Of a stretch of DNA of 64,000 bases, positions 12,223 through 24,511 are shown piece by piece. Made by a program: the position numbers and the translations under genes. Numbering within the stretch: the first letter of the stretch is position 1; every line of letters begins with the position of its first letter. Under the pieces are notes generated by a model that worked only from the letters and a program-made list of their open reading frames with translations, was not told the DNA's origin and did not search any database. The stretch comes from Octopus vulgaris (lineage: Eukaryota): contig OX597823.1 of NCBI GenBank assembly GCA_951406725.2, positions 14,632,001-14,696,000 on the forward strand, in the 5' to 3' direction.

Positions 12223-12373
12223 TTTCGGAAGATCAGATCTTAGGATGTGACTTGAGGAAATTGTGGTTGCTATTACTAGCAGATCTTATGACGACGTTCA
12301 AGACCGTCTATTTGCAATATATTTGGATAACGGCTCAACTGGAGCTACAAGAAAAAAATAATAATATCACCAT

Positions 12374-12417
<44 letters not shown>

Positions 12418-12535
12418 GTTACTACTACTTACTACTACAGCTACCACCACCATCACTACTACCACTACTACTGCAGCTGCTACTACTACTATTACTGCTG
12501 CTGCTGCTCCTGCGGCTAAGAGTAGTAGCAGCAGC

Positions 12536-12600
<65 letters not shown>

Positions 12601-12666
12601 CAGCAGCAGCAGCAGGAAAATGATAGCACACATACATATACACATATATATATACATATATAGATA

Positions 12667-12880
12667 TCTTTCCTTTATTAGCCGCGCAGGGTTGAACACA
12701 GAGGGGACAACACAATGTAAAACTTTTCGAAAGAAAGAAAGAAAAATCGATTAAAAGGGATCAAAAGCGTTTGGGACATGTAAACAGCAAAATAAGGTGT
12801 GTTAAAAATGTAAAACAGATTAGGTTTATCCGTGGAAAGAAAAGCCTACGGAAAAGACCACGGTAACCTTAGACAGGGAA
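12667..12880 (-). mobile_element. 3' end of a LINE-like element sharing its tail with SINE family B
   Basis: TTTCCTTTATTAGCCGCGCAGGGTTGAACACAGAGGGGACAA resembles the family B tail TTTCTTTACTACCCACAAGGGGCTAAACACAGAGGGGACAA, but the upstream sequence differs. Confidence 0.5.
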
Positions 12881-13060
12881 AGTAACACATGAGAGCAAAG
12901 CGCTTTCTCTCACTTTTGGATTTACAGGATGATGCATAAAGTGGTTTCGTCATTTACGCGTACCATATTTGCTACATCCACCCACCTTTTATTGAAATTT
13001 TATGAGACAAAACATACATTTCTATTCTCACCTTAAAGAGGGAAGTTTTAGATAGCTAGC

Positions 13061-13151
<91 letters not shown>

Positions 13152-13500
13152 GTTTCTTTATTGGCCACACAGGGCTTCACACAGATGGGACAAGTTACAA
13201 GGTAGAGCTTTTCTTTTGGGGGATGAAAAAAACAAAAAAACAAAAGAAACAAAAAAAGGGGGGGTGGCGTAGGTTTTCGATCAAGAGGGATCGTAAAAGG
13301 GAAGAAAAGAACAAAAAAATAAATAAATAAATAAATAAAATAAATATATAAAATAAAAAATAAAAAGAATAAAAAGAAAAAAAAAGAAAAGGAAAAGGAA
13401 CAAAAGAAAAGAGAAATGAAAAAAGAAGAAAAAAGGGGAAAAAAGGGGAAGAGAAAAAAAAACGATCAATAGGGATCGTGTATCACAGTGTTATGATATA
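13152..13500 (-). mobile_element. Second LINE-like 3' end of the same type, between (GATA)n tracts
   Basis: GTTTCTTTATTGGCCACACAGGGCTTCACACAGATGGGACAA; CGATCAANAGGGATCGT at about 13278 and 13463. Confidence 0.5.
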
Positions 13501-13506
13501 TGGTGT

Positions 13507-13586
<80 letters not shown>

Positions 13587-14439
13587 GTACATAGATAGAT
13601 AGATAAAAGGGAGGGAGGGACGGAGGGATGGAGGGAGAAGGTAGATAGATAGATAGATACATACATACATACATATATACATACATACATAAGACAAATA
13701 AAATATAAATAACAAAATTAATACAAAAAACAGCAAAAATATCAAAGGAACGTTCACAGTTAATATTATTAGGTTCACGCTCAAAGAACGAAAAGTTAAA
13801 GATCAAAAGTATAACGTTTCGGACATAATCTTTTGTCAAATACTAGAGGTAAGTTCAAAGAAATACAAGGAAGAAAGGAAATGAAATGATAAAACAGAGA
13901 AGAGAACCAGGAAAATAAACGCACCCGTGTTGCGTTCACATGCTCGGTCTTCCTCTCTAAGCTGGAACACGACCAATTGCTTCGTGAACGAGTAAAAGAC
14001 AGATAAACAGACAGAGAAGGAGAATGAGGAGAAGAATCGAACTCAATCGATTCCGAAAGAATGAAAGGTAAATTTGACCCCGGAACGCAGAGATCCACGG
14101 TGAATACAACGAAATCTATCCAACGTTTTAACGACTGTGCCATTTGATTCATTTAGCCATTGATAGATGACTTCTAAAACAAAAGACAAGATAATCGTGG
14201 GTAGAACACATTTGGTTTGTTTGATCAGAGCTGACCCGGGGCTAAACAAAAAAAAAAAAAAAAGAAACATAGCAACAAAAGCAGCCAAACAGTCCTCAAA
14301 TAATAATTTTTTTAGGAAAGGAAAGGCAGGAAGATTAATGTAGGCCCTTGCTACGACGTGCTGGTCACAGCTGGAATGTCGTTGAGCATTGGTCCGTTCG
14401 ATCAGTGCTAAACTGGAATTAAACAACAAAACAATAACC

Positions 14440-14464
14440 ACTACTACTGCTGCTGTTGCTGCTG

Positions 14465-14560
<96 letters not shown>

Positions 14561-14561
14561 T

Positions 14562-14593
<32 letters not shown>

Positions 14594-14624
14594 TCATTAC
14601 TACTACTACTACTACTACTACTAT

Positions 14625-14663
<39 letters not shown>

Positions 14664-14700
14664 AACTACTACTACTACTACTGCTACTACTGCTGCTGCG
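14440..14700. repeat. (CTA)n microsatellite
   Basis: Directly visible. Confidence 0.95.
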
Positions 14701-14934
14701 GCTGAAACGAGAAACTCAAACAACAAACTCAAACTCCTACTACCACCAAAGCAACAACACGGACACTACCACCTCCAAAACAATACCAACAACAACAGCG
14801 GCTACAACGAATTCAATAAGAAACAATAACAACCACAGGAGCAATAATAACAACTTATATCTAATCAACAAGAGCAACAACGACCACACAACATAACAAA
14901 AATCCTCTGAGCCACACCCACCCACCCCCTCCCA

Positions 14935-15000
<66 letters not shown>

Positions 15001-15304
15001 GAACAATAGATCTATGTTATGCAGACCACGATTCCAGCAAGCCAACCTGCTTATGGCGACTCACGCATTTGTCAAAATGTAAAAACGAATCGGTTTTTTC
15101 CCTTAAGGCTATTTAACAGAATGATTGAAGCTTTAATGCTGGAAAACAAAAGCTGTGCTGGCCTGAATCTGGACAGAGACGTGCTGGTTAATAAATAAGG
15201 TGCAACGTAAGAGTCTAGCAAGACGTGAGATATTAATTAATGTACGGACTACCAACTGGTCAGCTAAATAACAATTCTCAAATGGATAAATGTTGTTCGT
15301 TTCT

Positions 15305-15876
15305 GCTGTCGTCGTCGTTGTTGTTGTTGTTGTTGTTGTTGTTGTGGGTGCTGCTGTCGTTGTCGGCCTTCTTCTTCTTCTTCTCCTTCTTCTTCTTCTT
15401 CTCCTTCTTCTTCTCCTCCTTCTTCTTCTTCTTCTTCTCCTCCTACTCCGCTTTCTTCTTCTTCTTCTTCTTCTCCTTCTTCTTCTTCCTCTTCTTCTTC
15501 GTCTTCTTCTCCTTCTTCTTCTCCCCTCCTCCTCCTCCTTCTTCTTCTTCTTCTTCTTCTCCTCATCCTCCTCCTTCTTTTTCTTCTTCTCCTCCTCCTC
15601 CGCTTTCTTCTTCTTCTTCTTCTTCTCCTTCTTCTTCTTCCTCTTCTTCTTCGTCTTCTTCTCCTTCTTCTTCTTCTCCTCCTCCTTCTTCTTCTTCTTC
15701 TTCTCCTCATCCTCCTCCTTCTTTTTCTTCTTCTTCTCCTCCTCCTCCTTCTTTTTCTTCTTCTTCTCCTCCTCCTCCTTCTTTTTCTTCTCCTTCTCCT
15801 CCTCCTCCTTCTTTTTCTTCTTCTTCTCCTCCTCCTCCTTCTTCTTCTTCTTCTCCTTCTTCTTCTTCTTCTTCTT

Positions 15877-15972
<96 letters not shown>
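15305..15972. repeat. (GTT)n-(CTT/CCT)n-(ATT)n compound microsatellite
   Basis: Directly visible. Confidence 0.95.
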
Positions 15973-16452
15973 GAGTGAGAGAGCAGTTCATGCCATCAAA
16001 GTGACACTGGGGTAAAATATACGAAGCCCAATATACCCATCATGACTACGCGTCTGATAAAGGTACACCAGGCACATGCATCACAACCATATGTGCGCGA
16101 CATGGTGATCTCATATCAAGATAAACAGCACATGACCTTGCAGGTGGGGCCCAGTTAGAATTTTCTTCATTTTGAGTAGCCCATCCTGCTCAAACGGTCC
16201 CTGAATAAGGGTTGTTTAAGGATGTTGAAAGAACCACCCATGTTTCCAGAGGTAAACTATTCAAACCCCAAAGAATCCCTCTCAACACATGGCTATGATG
16301 CTCCCCCACTACTTCTGCTCGTGATCAGAGATGCACATATCGTCAGCCACTAAGGGACATGCTCAACTGGTTAAGGTCAAACAACTGACAAGCAAATCTG
16401 TGGTATTGAGCAGACTATTTGCTGTAGCCCATCTTTTATACCAAGACAAAAC
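15973..16452 (-). mobile_element. Unclassified ~480-bp non-coding element inserted in (TAA)n
   Basis: Complex sequence flanked on both sides by (ATT)n; on the minus strand it ends in (AAT)n like a non-LTR tail; no ORF. Confidence 0.5.
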
Positions 16453-16453
16453 A

Positions 16454-16511
<58 letters not shown>

Positions 16512-16665
16512 TCCACCATCGTCAATGCTGTCGACTTAATCACAATCCTGTTCTTCGTCATCATCTTCATCATCATCATCATCATCATCATTAACATCTC
16601 ACCATTATTATCATCATCGTCATCGATTCTTCATCATCGTCATCGATTCTTCATCACTGTCATTG

Positions 16666-16707
<42 letters not shown>

Positions 16708-16968
16708 CCTTCTTCTTCTTCTTCTTCTTCTTCTTCTTCTTCTTCTTCTTCTTCTTCTTCTTCTACCAGGCGGGCTCCCTTATTCATTCATTTTTTTTAC
16801 TTTATGTACCCCCATCTCTTCCTTTCTTCCCTTCGTCTCCCTTTTTTTTGTAAACTGCCCCCACTCCTCACACACAGACACACACACACCGTACACATAA
16901 ATTCTAAATTGTCATTGTAATGTCCCAGTCATCTGATGCCCATGTGGCAAATAAAAGAAATCCCCCCC

Positions 16969-17014
<46 letters not shown>

Positions 17015-17762
17015 TATTATTATTATTGTTATTATTATTATTATTATTTCTCACACGATTCTCCCCACTTCCATCATCATCATTATCCCCTACTCCCAAC
17101 ATTTTTTCTTCCTCCCTGATTTCCTTCCTTTTATTTTCTTCTTCACTCTTTCCTTTTCCACACGATTTCATTTGTTTTTTCCTTACAAACTCTCTCTTAC
17201 CTTTATTTTATAATTATTTGTTGATTTCCTCGAAGACAGAACCAAAAAAAAAAAATTAAAAATATGAAAAGAAAAGAAAAAAAAACAAATAAACAGGTTT
17301 TTACCATGTTTGTGCTTTATGGCTATTTGTATTAGTGTTATGTTGTTTATTAAAAGCTATTTTCGTAGTCCTGAATTGGATATTTTTGATAGTTTTGAAG
17401 TTGCCTGAGGCCAGTACCTTCCTATATTCATAGAAAAATATAATATGTGCGTCAGATTTTGGGTGGCGTATTCTATGTATAGTCATTATTTAGCTTGTTT
17501 TATTTTTCTGACTACTTCTGCTGGTTTACGTAGCATTCAACTGAGAATATTGAAATTATAACTTATTGCAGAAACATGTTGTTATATTAGTTTATTTAAA
17601 TATCAATTTAACAGTTTAAGGTAAATGAACCTCATTCATATTTTGAATTCGGCGGTACTAACACTGAATACGACCTGTCTAATACCGTTAGGAGGAGAGA
17701 TATGTTCAATTATTCCAGTACCTTCGAATTTAATATTTCAATATTTAATTATTGCTGGAGTG

Positions 17763-17843
17763 CCATGCTGATGAGGAAAATGGTTGGTAAAGTATAATTC
17801 TATATTCTTTATACTGATCTAATTCCGAAACGCGCGTCCATGG
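17763..17843 (+). ncRNA. Type I hammerhead ribozyme, canonical core, minimal palindromic helix III
   Basis: Helix I CCATG/CATGG; CTGATGA 17768-17774; helix II GGAA/TTCC with ~44-nt loop; GAAA 17827-17830; ACGCGCGT palindrome; predicted cleavage after GUC at 17838. Confidence 0.8.
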
Positions 17844-18023
17844 ATGACCAGATATTGTTTGATTTTCGTTACTTTTCCTCTCTGTCTGTGTGAATTGTTT
17901 TAAAGTATTTTGGTTTCTCTGGGAGCCCCTTTTTAAAGTAGAAGAAATAGCTAAGGTTTTTGGCTGCTATTTCAAAACTTCGGTATGTGGTAAAGCAAAT
18001 CTTTGCTGAACCCTAATTATTAA

Positions 18024-18080
<57 letters not shown>

Positions 18081-18084
<4 letters not shown>

Positions 18085-18394
18085 CGTGATCACCGTGACC
18101 GACTAGGCTATCAGATGTTGTTACACATCGCTGGTCACAATGCGCTTCGCATTGTTTTAGCCTTCAAATGACGTCACCCCGCTGGCTAAGCGAGCAGACC
18201 AACAGAAGAAAGAGTGAGAGAAAGTTGTGGCGAAAGAGTACAGCAGGGATCGCCACCACCACCCCTGCCGGAGCCTCGTGGAGCTTTAGGTGTTTTCACA
18301 CAATAAACACTCACAACGCCCGGTCTGGGAATCGAAACCGCGATCCTACGACCGCGAGTCGTCTGCCCTAACCTCTAGGCCATTGCGCCTCCAC
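18081..18394 (-). mobile_element. SINE family C subfamily (different 3' half), within (TA)n
   Basis: Family C head and core; 3' half shared with 39255-39557. Confidence 0.85.
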
Positions 18395-18724
18395 TCATAT
18401 ATATATATATATACCATTCAGTGGGGGTGGGGCAAATCCGCGACTTTGGATCTTTAGCTTTCCTGGGTTTCCTGTACTAGTAAAACGAAGGAAGGAAGTT
18501 CCATCTCCAAACCAGAGACTGGGTTCTGAAAGCTTGTGATAAAGTACCCACTAAAGGTACTTAAAAGCCAGACGGTGTTCTTAACCCTTTCGTTCATTTG
18601 TGTGTATTGTATTATGTTTGGTTCAGGGTCATGGTTAGGGCTTGGCTAATAATAATAATACTCTTAACTCTACATTTTAATCTAACATGATATAAATGTC
18701 AAATGACTGAAACAAGTATATATA

Positions 18725-18769
<45 letters not shown>

Positions 18770-18772
<3 letters not shown>

Positions 18773-19054
18773 CTTCTCGAGCCACGCCTGGCTCATAAGG
18801 GCCGGTTTCCCGGTTTCCTTGGCGAATAGGTTCTCCACTTGAACGGGACGCCGGTCTGTCGCAGGTGAGCTGCAAGATTCAGGAGGAAAGAGTGAGAGAA
18901 AGTTGTGGTGAAAGAGTCAGCAGAAGTTCGCCATTACCTTCTGCCGGAGCCGCGTGGTAATTCGCTCATAAACACATACATCACCCGGTCTGAGATTCGA
19001 ACCCGCGATCCCTCGACCGCGAGTCCGCTGCTCTAACCACTAGGCCATGTGCCT
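18770..19054 (-). mobile_element. SINE family C-related variant
   Basis: tRNA head (TGGCCTAGTGG, GGTTCGAATC on minus); GAAAGAGTGAGAGAAAGTTGTGGTGAAAGAGT shared with family C. Confidence 0.8.
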
Positions 19055-19146
19055 CATATATATATATACGCGCACGCGCGCACGCACACACACACACATA
19101 CGCACGCGCGCACACACACTCACACACACACAAACACACACAAACT

Positions 19147-19188
<42 letters not shown>

Positions 19189-19885
19189 CATAACTGTGCA
19201 GAGTACGGCACAATACTTTCAATAAGAATCTTTGGTGTTCGGAAATAAGTTTATACAATGTATAGACTTATAATGGTTTTATTTTAAACCATGACCTTCA
19301 AGTCTACATCATGTTAATTTATCTTCCCGATCCGATCATACCCTCTACTGATTATCTTCACCGTGTATTTCTTTAATTGATACATTCTACTTCAATCTGT
19401 AACAATAATAATTTAATCACAAAAATTAATAACTTTAATAATTTTAGCAAGCCTCCTTATTATTGCCTTATAAATTATTCCCGTTCCATTTGTGATTATT
19501 TGCTTTTCATTCATACTCTAATAAATGTCTTTCAATAAATTCATAAGTTCTTGGCTCTTTTCATTACTTTTATTTAGTCTTAATTAATTTCTAGTTATTT
19601 CTGTTCAATTATTCGGGGATTATTCGTAAATTAATCCCCTTTTACTTATTTGCCATCGTTTATTGCTAAATCATGCTTAATTCACTTGTTAATTCACTTG
19701 TTAATTCACTCGTAGACTTACCAGCCAACGGAAGTTCGATTTTTACGCCTTCTTAAATTTGCTGAGTTTCCACCATATAATGAGCATTCGTCGCCTGAAG
19801 AAACAGTTACTCGCGGAACACCGAAGTGACGAAGTATTTGGCAGCAGGCAAATACATTAGTTATATTCTACGTCATGTTATGAGT

Positions 19886-20319
19886 ACAGTAATCCTCCGA
19901 TTATCGCGGGTATTACGTTCTAACCACACCCCCGCGATAGATGATAAACCGCGAAGTAGAAACAGTACTATACTGTATATTTTTTTATTTTTGATAATTT
20001 GAATATATCTATTTTATTATAAGTGCAAAACAACACCACATACTCTCCTCAAGGGTTTCGCTTTCCATTAGTATGTGCAATTCTTTGTTTACTCATCTAC
20101 GGTACATTACATATTTTCTTTTAATATATTTTAATTAAAGTATTTTACAGTGCAGTATTGTATGGTATATTTATTTATTAATTTTTTGACATAAAAATGC
20201 TTATTTTACCACAGAAATAATTAAAATCTTAAAAATTATAAATACCTAGCGGCCGCAGAAGCCCGTGATATACTGAGAAGTCTGGAATATAAATGTAAAT
20301 TTACATATATTAGGCAGAA
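19886..20319 (+). mobile_element. pogo/Tigger-like MITE, right end missing
   Basis: TA-CAGTAATCCTCCGATTATCGCGG start; colinear with 37323-37783 and 54046-54939. Confidence 0.75.
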
Positions 20320-20320
20320 G

Positions 20321-20691
20321 GGGAGGAATTACTTCCCGGAAAGTTCCGAGCACAAGAGAGAGGGGAGGAATTACTTCCTGGAAAGCTTCGAGGAAGGGGA
20401 TGAATTACTTCCTGGAAAGTTCCGAGGATGGGGAGGAATTACTTGCTGGAAACGTCCGAGGATGGGGGAATCACTTCCTGGAAACTTCCGAGGAGTGGAG
20501 GGAGGTGAGGAATTTCTTGCTGGAACTTTCCAGGAAGTAATTCCTCACCTCCTTGGAACTTTACAGGAATTATTCCTCTCTTCCTCCCTGTTCTCGGAAG
20601 TTTTCAGGAAGCAATTCCTCCTCCTCCTCCTCCTCGGAACTTTCCAGGAACTAAGTCCTCTCCTTCTTCCCCCTCCTCGGAACTTTCCAGG
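20321..20691. repeat. Fold-back array: 5-6 direct units of GAGGAATTACTTCCTGGAAAGTTCCGAG followed by about 5 inverted units
   Basis: Units start near 20323, 20365, 20399, 20433, 20465, 20507; inverted units end near 20546, 20578, 20620, 20660, 20691; symmetry centre about 20526. Confidence 0.9.
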
Positions 20692-20973
20692 TCACAAATT
20701 TGCTGACAGAATATCACCGGCCTCCTCAGCAGCTGCAGCGACACCGAAAGTACAAGGTCGCGGCTCAGTTTCACGTATTGGTGTCAGTCGCACAGATGTT
20801 TGACGCAACGACGAACGAGTTGACGACGAGCGAGTTGACGTAGGTGTTGGTCGTGCCGACGTTTTACGCGACAAGTTGGTTGCCGCAGGTGATGTCGGAC
20901 GCGATGACGAGCGTAAATTCGCTGATGGAGGACCGAAGCGCGAAGGGCGAACTTGTAATTGATTTGAAGACAT
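20692..20973 (-). CDS. Unknown Ser/Arg/Pro/Thr-rich 93-aa ORF, probably a truncated N-terminus of a mobile-element or viral protein
   Basis: CpG-rich non-repetitive ORF, TCAAAATG start context, upstream TATA; stop codon falls exactly at the array junction. Confidence 0.4.
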   Translation of the reverse strand: MSSNQLQVRPSRFGPPSANLRSSSRPTSPAATNLSRKTSARPTPTSTRSSSTRSSLRQTSVRLTPIRETEPRPCTFGVAAAAEEAGDILSANL

Positions 20974-21065
20974 TTTGAATTATGATGCGTTTTCGCTAGA
21001 GACCGTTACTTTTATATACCTCTTGTACCAATGCATATGCATGTAAAGTATCCGCATGTCATTGG
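20974..21065 (-). promoter_or_regulatory. Candidate Pol II core promoter for the 93-aa ORF
   Basis: TATATAAAAG at 21018-21009 (minus); CCAAT at 21028-21032 (plus) and 21065-21061 (minus). Confidence 0.4.
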
Positions 21066-22837
21066 TCTACTGCTAGTCTCATGACATGAACGTAACTTAA
21101 AATAGCTAAGATAATGCACGGGACGGCGAGCGCGCGCACCTCAAGAGATAAAGTACACGATAGCGAATGTAAACATAAGTCAGCCACTAAATGTCTGTAA
21201 TAGATGTAAGGCAGCTCTACATCGTATATTTATGCTAACTGAGGGTAGGCAAGCAAAAGTGTGATCGCATATTTGAGTCAACCGTTGTCAAGGAGTTAAG
21301 TCAGTTCAAACTTTTACCATAAAATTCGCTTCACCTGTGCATCGAAGAACTTAATCTATGTTCTCAAATGTGGAGGGTGTGGTGGAGACTACATAGGTAC
21401 AACTAGTTTAACCTTGAGGGACAGACTAACAGTACTCGGGCAACTGATCCGGGACCCCACGCAAACAGAAACCCGAAACACTAAATCTTCCCTCTCTATC
21501 AATGCACCGGAATCTCTTCAACACAATTCCTTTTAAATAAGGAAAGCATACTCATTAAAAAATATAATCCACAGCTGAAAGAAGAAAAGCACTGAAGAGA
21601 AAAAGAAAAAGACCCAATTTCTCCACACAAAAAATAACGAAATACAACAGACAATTAAAAAATAAACTTTATTAACAGTCTTCCACCCGGGTTTCGAAAT
21701 TGAAATTCCACATCCCCATACAATAACACCATACAAACACCATTTGCTGACGTCACCTAACTCTAGACCAATGAAATTTTACCTCCAATCAAAACCAAAC
21801 TTCAGCAAATACAACAAAATAACCCTTTAAGAGAATCAACTAACTGGAACGGCTGATGATCGTTTCCCACCAAGCAGAACGACAAACTTGACCACCAGAA
21901 AAACAAGATGCCACCAGTATTTTAACGAATCAAAAATCAGATCCGTTCGCGGAAAAAATAAATACACCGAATTCCAATAAACGCCGTTACAAGCGAAAGT
22001 TCCTGACACCACGGAAAGAGAATCACAGAAACTGTAAACCAAATCCCTTATTTTACTACCTTCATTTCTCCCTTGTTTTTCTTCCTCTTAAATTTGATGA
22101 TATGCATTTCTTGTCGATCACTACTAACACTATTGAATTTTGTGCATTTAAACAAGATGATACACAGTTTTTATATTATTGACTGTTATGAACATTTAAA
22201 CTTGTCAACATTGAAACTTTTAAACATGTTTTTCTAATTCATAATTTTAAATGTTTACCATTGATAAACAAAATATATTGCTGAAACAAGTTTGGTATAT
22301 ATATAAATAAATTTATTTAAAAACAACTACAAGTTTTTCAAATTTAGGTGCATATTCAAAAACAAATTTGCCTATATTTTTCCTACGTGGAAATACACAC
22401 CCTCTTTTGTTATACATACATAAAGAAGCATTGGTTATTGAACAAACATTAAATTTGGGTCAACGACTTTACATTCAACAGCACCCCTCAAAATTTAATC
22501 ATATATAAAATTCACCATGGCTTTCAAACATAAAAAAAATAATACATAAACATAAAATAACAGAAGGTAAAAATATAATACAAATAGAACGGCCTAAGCA
22601 AAAAGTTAAATATACACGACTAAAAATTCATAAACTACCAAAAAACCTAATAGACAAATATAAAATAAAGATATAAATAAAATGAAATAAATGTCCACCG
22701 ACTAAACAAGTTTTATCAGACGATTAAAATATTTTTTAAATTAAAAAAAAAAATTTTGTATTTAAATATTTAAAAATGCCCTCACACAAGTACGTCCAAA
22801 ATTCATAAGTAAACAGGTCAGATTCGACATTCACATA

Positions 22838-22919
22838 TATCTATGGCCATTTCGGGAGCTCACCATCGCAGTTCTTTTACACTAAAGTGCATCACGGTGA
22901 TGACCCCCTCATCAGGATA
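22838..22919 (-). ncRNA. Type I hammerhead ribozyme, canonical core, extended helix II
   Basis: Minus strand: TATC-CTGATGA-GGGGGT..TCACCGT...ATGGTGA-GCTCCC-GAAA-TGGCCA-TA-GATA; ATGGCCAT palindrome; predicted cleavage between 22842 and 22841. Confidence 0.8.
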
Positions 22920-23135
22920 AACAGGAAACAGGACACGCTCTCAGATCAAAACTTTTTATGAAAAGCTTATATAATTTAAAAGAAAAACCCATCAGCGAAC
23001 CAGTCCAAATTTTCTATGAAAAAAAGTCTATTACTAAACACTCAGGTGGCTGTAGTTAACTGAAATTTAACCTCGCCTGTTTCATAACCCCGTAACACTA
23101 AACAATTTTATTACATCTACTTTTATTTCTAAATA

Positions 23136-23526
23136 GTGGAGGCGCAATGGCCCAGTGGTTAGGGCAGCGGACTCGCGGTCATAAGATCGCGGTTTCGATT
23201 CCCAGACCGGGCGTTGTGAGTGTTTATTGAGCGAAAACACCTAAAAGCTCCACGAGGCTCCGGCAGGGGATGGTGGTGATCCCTGCTGTACTCTTTCACC
23301 ACAATTTTCTCTCACTCTTACTTCCTGTTTCTGTTGTACCTGTATTTCAAGGGGCCGGCCTTGTCACTCTCTATGTCACGCTGAATATCCCCGAGAACTA
23401 CGTTAAGGGTGCACGTGTCTGTGGAGTGTTCAGCCACTTACACATTAATTTCACGAGTAGGCTGTTCCGTTGATTCGGATCAACCGGAACCCTCGTCGTC
23501 GTAACCGACGGAGTGCTTCCATTCCC
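23136..23526 (+). mobile_element. SINE family C, full length
   Basis: tRNA head; 11-bp TSD ATTTCTAAATA at 23125-23135 and 23527-23537. Confidence 0.92.
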
Positions 23527-23737
23527 ATTTCTAAATACCTTGAAAAAGGTGGATAAAAACTTATGGTTGCAGAAAGGGACCAAATCAGTAAATTTATTCT
23601 AAGATTTTGGCCCAAAATGTAATGTTTGTTCTCTAACTAATGCTTCTTTATCTTCCTCTCATTTATATTTGAGCAATTCTTTTGCAGTCCTATAAACCCT
23701 TTTGTTTCTATAAAAAGAGACAGATATTATTTCGTGT

Positions 23738-23825
<88 letters not shown>

Positions 23826-24398
23826 CATGTATGTGTGTATGTAAATATATATAATTTGCTGTGTGCTGTATAGTGAACTCAAAAATCACTCTTTCGAAAA
23901 CATCTAGAAATTCAATCAAAAAAGCTGGCCACATCCATACAACTATTCTTTAATGAATACAAAAGAAGAAGACCTGAAAATGCAATTATAATTTTTACTG
24001 AAGAAAGTCAAAAACAACATCTGGTTTTTCAATTAAAACCTTGACCAATTCAAATACAAAATGTTTTTTTTTTTTCCCCCAACTTTAAGGCCATTAAGTA
24101 CTAAACAAACAAGTCTGACCATACCAATACAAAAGCCACGCCTCTTTACCTTCGTCTCCTTCTAAAAAAAATCTTCTTCCTAATTCTTCCTTGCTTGGCA
24201 GACTCCAGAAAATTCTTTATATATGAACAGGCCAAGAAATCTAACTTTAAATCACTTTTTGATAAATCCGATAACGGAAGAAAGCGCTGGAAATGTAAAT
24301 TGGATGTAAATAATATATATATATATATATATATATAATCACCCGACATTCTGACTACTTTATTATTCTAAATATACAATTTCAGTACATCACTTCAA

Positions 24399-24467
<69 letters not shown>

Positions 24468-24511
24468 CACATAACAAGCGAACAGCGGTCGCTTGAAATA
24501 GTATATATAAA

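Noticed and set aside
15240-16015. Poly-S/F/L ORFs
   Set aside because: (CTT)n and (ATT)n microsatellite artefacts
20321-20691. CRISPR-like appearance (28-bp repeats with spacers)
   Set aside because: Spacers are only about 4-14 nt and low complexity, repeats flip orientation, no cas genes, eukaryotic context
23136-23210. tRNA gene-like A/B boxes (also other SINE heads)
   Set aside because: They continue into SINE bodies with TSDs and I could not fold a full cloverleaf; these are SINE heads, not tRNA genes
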